A stretch of DNA of 64,000 nt from Vulcanimicrobiota bacterium. GTDB lineage: Bacteria > Vulcanimicrobiota > Vulcanimicrobiia > Vulcanimicrobiales > Vulcanimicrobiaceae. Where the stretch lies: NCBI GenBank assembly GCA_963833095.1, contig CAWHWQ010000001.1:128001-192000 (forward strand). Reading direction: 5' to 3'. Below are positions 62,694 through 64,000 of the stretch, piece by piece; within the stretch, counting starts at the first letter, position 1, and every line of letters begins with the position of its first letter. The notes under the pieces were generated by a model. That model saw nothing but the letters and a program-made list of their open reading frames with translations, was not told where the DNA came from and ran no database searches. A program made the position numbers and the translations under genes.

Positions 62694-64000
62694 ATGACGG
62701 CACAATACGCGATTTGGGCCGGGCTTATCGGTGGTGCGCTGGCGGTGCTCTATGGCATCGTGCTCACCTTCTGGGTGCTCGGTCAACCGGACGGCAACGC
62801 CCGCATGAAGGAGATCGCTGCGGCGATCCAAGAGGGCGCCATGGCCTTCCTCAAACGCCAATATGGAACGATCGCGATCGTCGCGGTTATCCTGGCGATT
62901 CTCATCTTCATCGCCCCCGCCGCTAGGCTGGGAGGCGGCGGTCGGCTTCCTGATCGGCGCGATCCTCTCGGGGGCGGCCGGTTTTATCGGCATGATCGTC
63001 TCGGTCCGCGCCAACGTGCGCACCGCCGAGGCGGCGCGACGCGGTCTGGGCCCGGCGCTCAACGTCGCTTTCCGAGGCGGCACCGTGACCGGCATGCTCG
63101 TCGTGGGTCTTGGACTGCTTGGCGGTTTCCGGTTACTTTGCGTTCCTGCAAAACATCAACGCCGGCGACACCACCAAGACGCTCGGCGCGATGGTCGGCC
63201 TGGCCTTCGGATGCTCGTTGATTTCGGTCTTCGCGCGTTTGGGCGGCGGCATCTACACCAAGGCCGCCGACGTCGGCGCCGACCTCGTCGGCAAAGTCGA
63301 GGCCGGTATTCCCGAAGACGATCCGCGCAATCCGGCCGTGATCGCCGACAACGTCGGCGACAACGTCGGCGACTGCGCCGGCATGGCCGCCGACCTGTTC
63401 GAGACGTATTGCGTCACGACGGTCGCCGCAATGCTGCTCGGCAACCTGCTCTTCGGTGACAAACTGCCGGGCGCGACGACCTTCCCGCTCGTGCTCGGCG
63501 CGCTCTCGATCGTTGCTTCGATCATCGGCTCGTTGTTCGTCGGCCTGGGCAAGGTCTCCAAGGCTCGCATCATGGGCTCGCTCTACAGCGGCATGATCAT
63601 TGCGGGCGTGCTCGCGCTGATCGGCTTTTGGTTTGTGACGCAACAAGAGTTCGCGCGGTGCGACGGGCGTCAATCCGCTCAGCATCTTCTTCTGCGCCGT
63701 GGTCGGCGTCGTGATTACCGGCCTGATCACCTTCATCACCGAATACTACACCGGCACGCAATTCGCGCCGGTGCAGAGCATCGCGAAAGCTTCGGTCACC
63801 GGACACGCGACCAACATCATCGCGGGTCTGGCCGTCTCGATGCAAGGTACGGCGCTTCCGGCCATCGTGATCGTGCTCGGCATCCTCGTGAGCTATGGTC
63901 TTGCCGGTATTTACGGCGTCGGCATCGCGGTCATGGCGATGCTTTCAATGGCCGGCATCATCGTCGCGATCGACTCGTTCGGCCCGATCACCGATAACGC
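62694..64000 (+). CDS. hppA: Membrane-bound ion-translocating pyrophosphatase (partial, frameshifted)
   Basis: [57 protein letters not shown]. Confidence 0.96.

Overview
High-GC bacterial chromosomal window, almost entirely on the minus strand. Gene content (Bacillota-style fla/che genes with CheC, a GAAC-N4-GTTC SOS box, Vgb-like lipoprotein, P/T-rich secreted proteins) suggests a Terrabacteria lineage such as Vulcanimicrobiota/Ca. Eremiobacterota; this is inference. Left to right: tyrS-mutS2-gatBAC-rlmD; two tandem TonB-like paralogs; an imuA-imuB-dnaE2 mutasome with a T5orf172/GIY-YIG gene inside it; a split CHAD pair; a large chemotaxis/flagellar cluster interrupted by a Vgb-like lipoprotein and trpE/trpG; purA, GH125, hpt, a two-component pair, recX-recA, ftsY; a second flagellar block (FlhX, FliK-like, fliA, cheB, cheR); GGR, ppa, hppA. 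Many conserved genes are frameshifted in discrete stretches, most likely long-read indel errors, so their boundaries are approximate. Least explained signals: (1) several palindromic repeat families that insert in frame inside DnaE2 and ImuB, or sit in operon junctions spanned by mini-ORFs overlapping the upstream stop and downstream start; (2) a ~380-nt nested-stem candidate ncRNA inside TTGTCA...TGACAA inverted repeats upstream of ftsY; (3) a cytoplasmic histidine kinase with a degenerate GGDEF-like input; (4) a non-LexA TGACA/TGTCA operator at recA.
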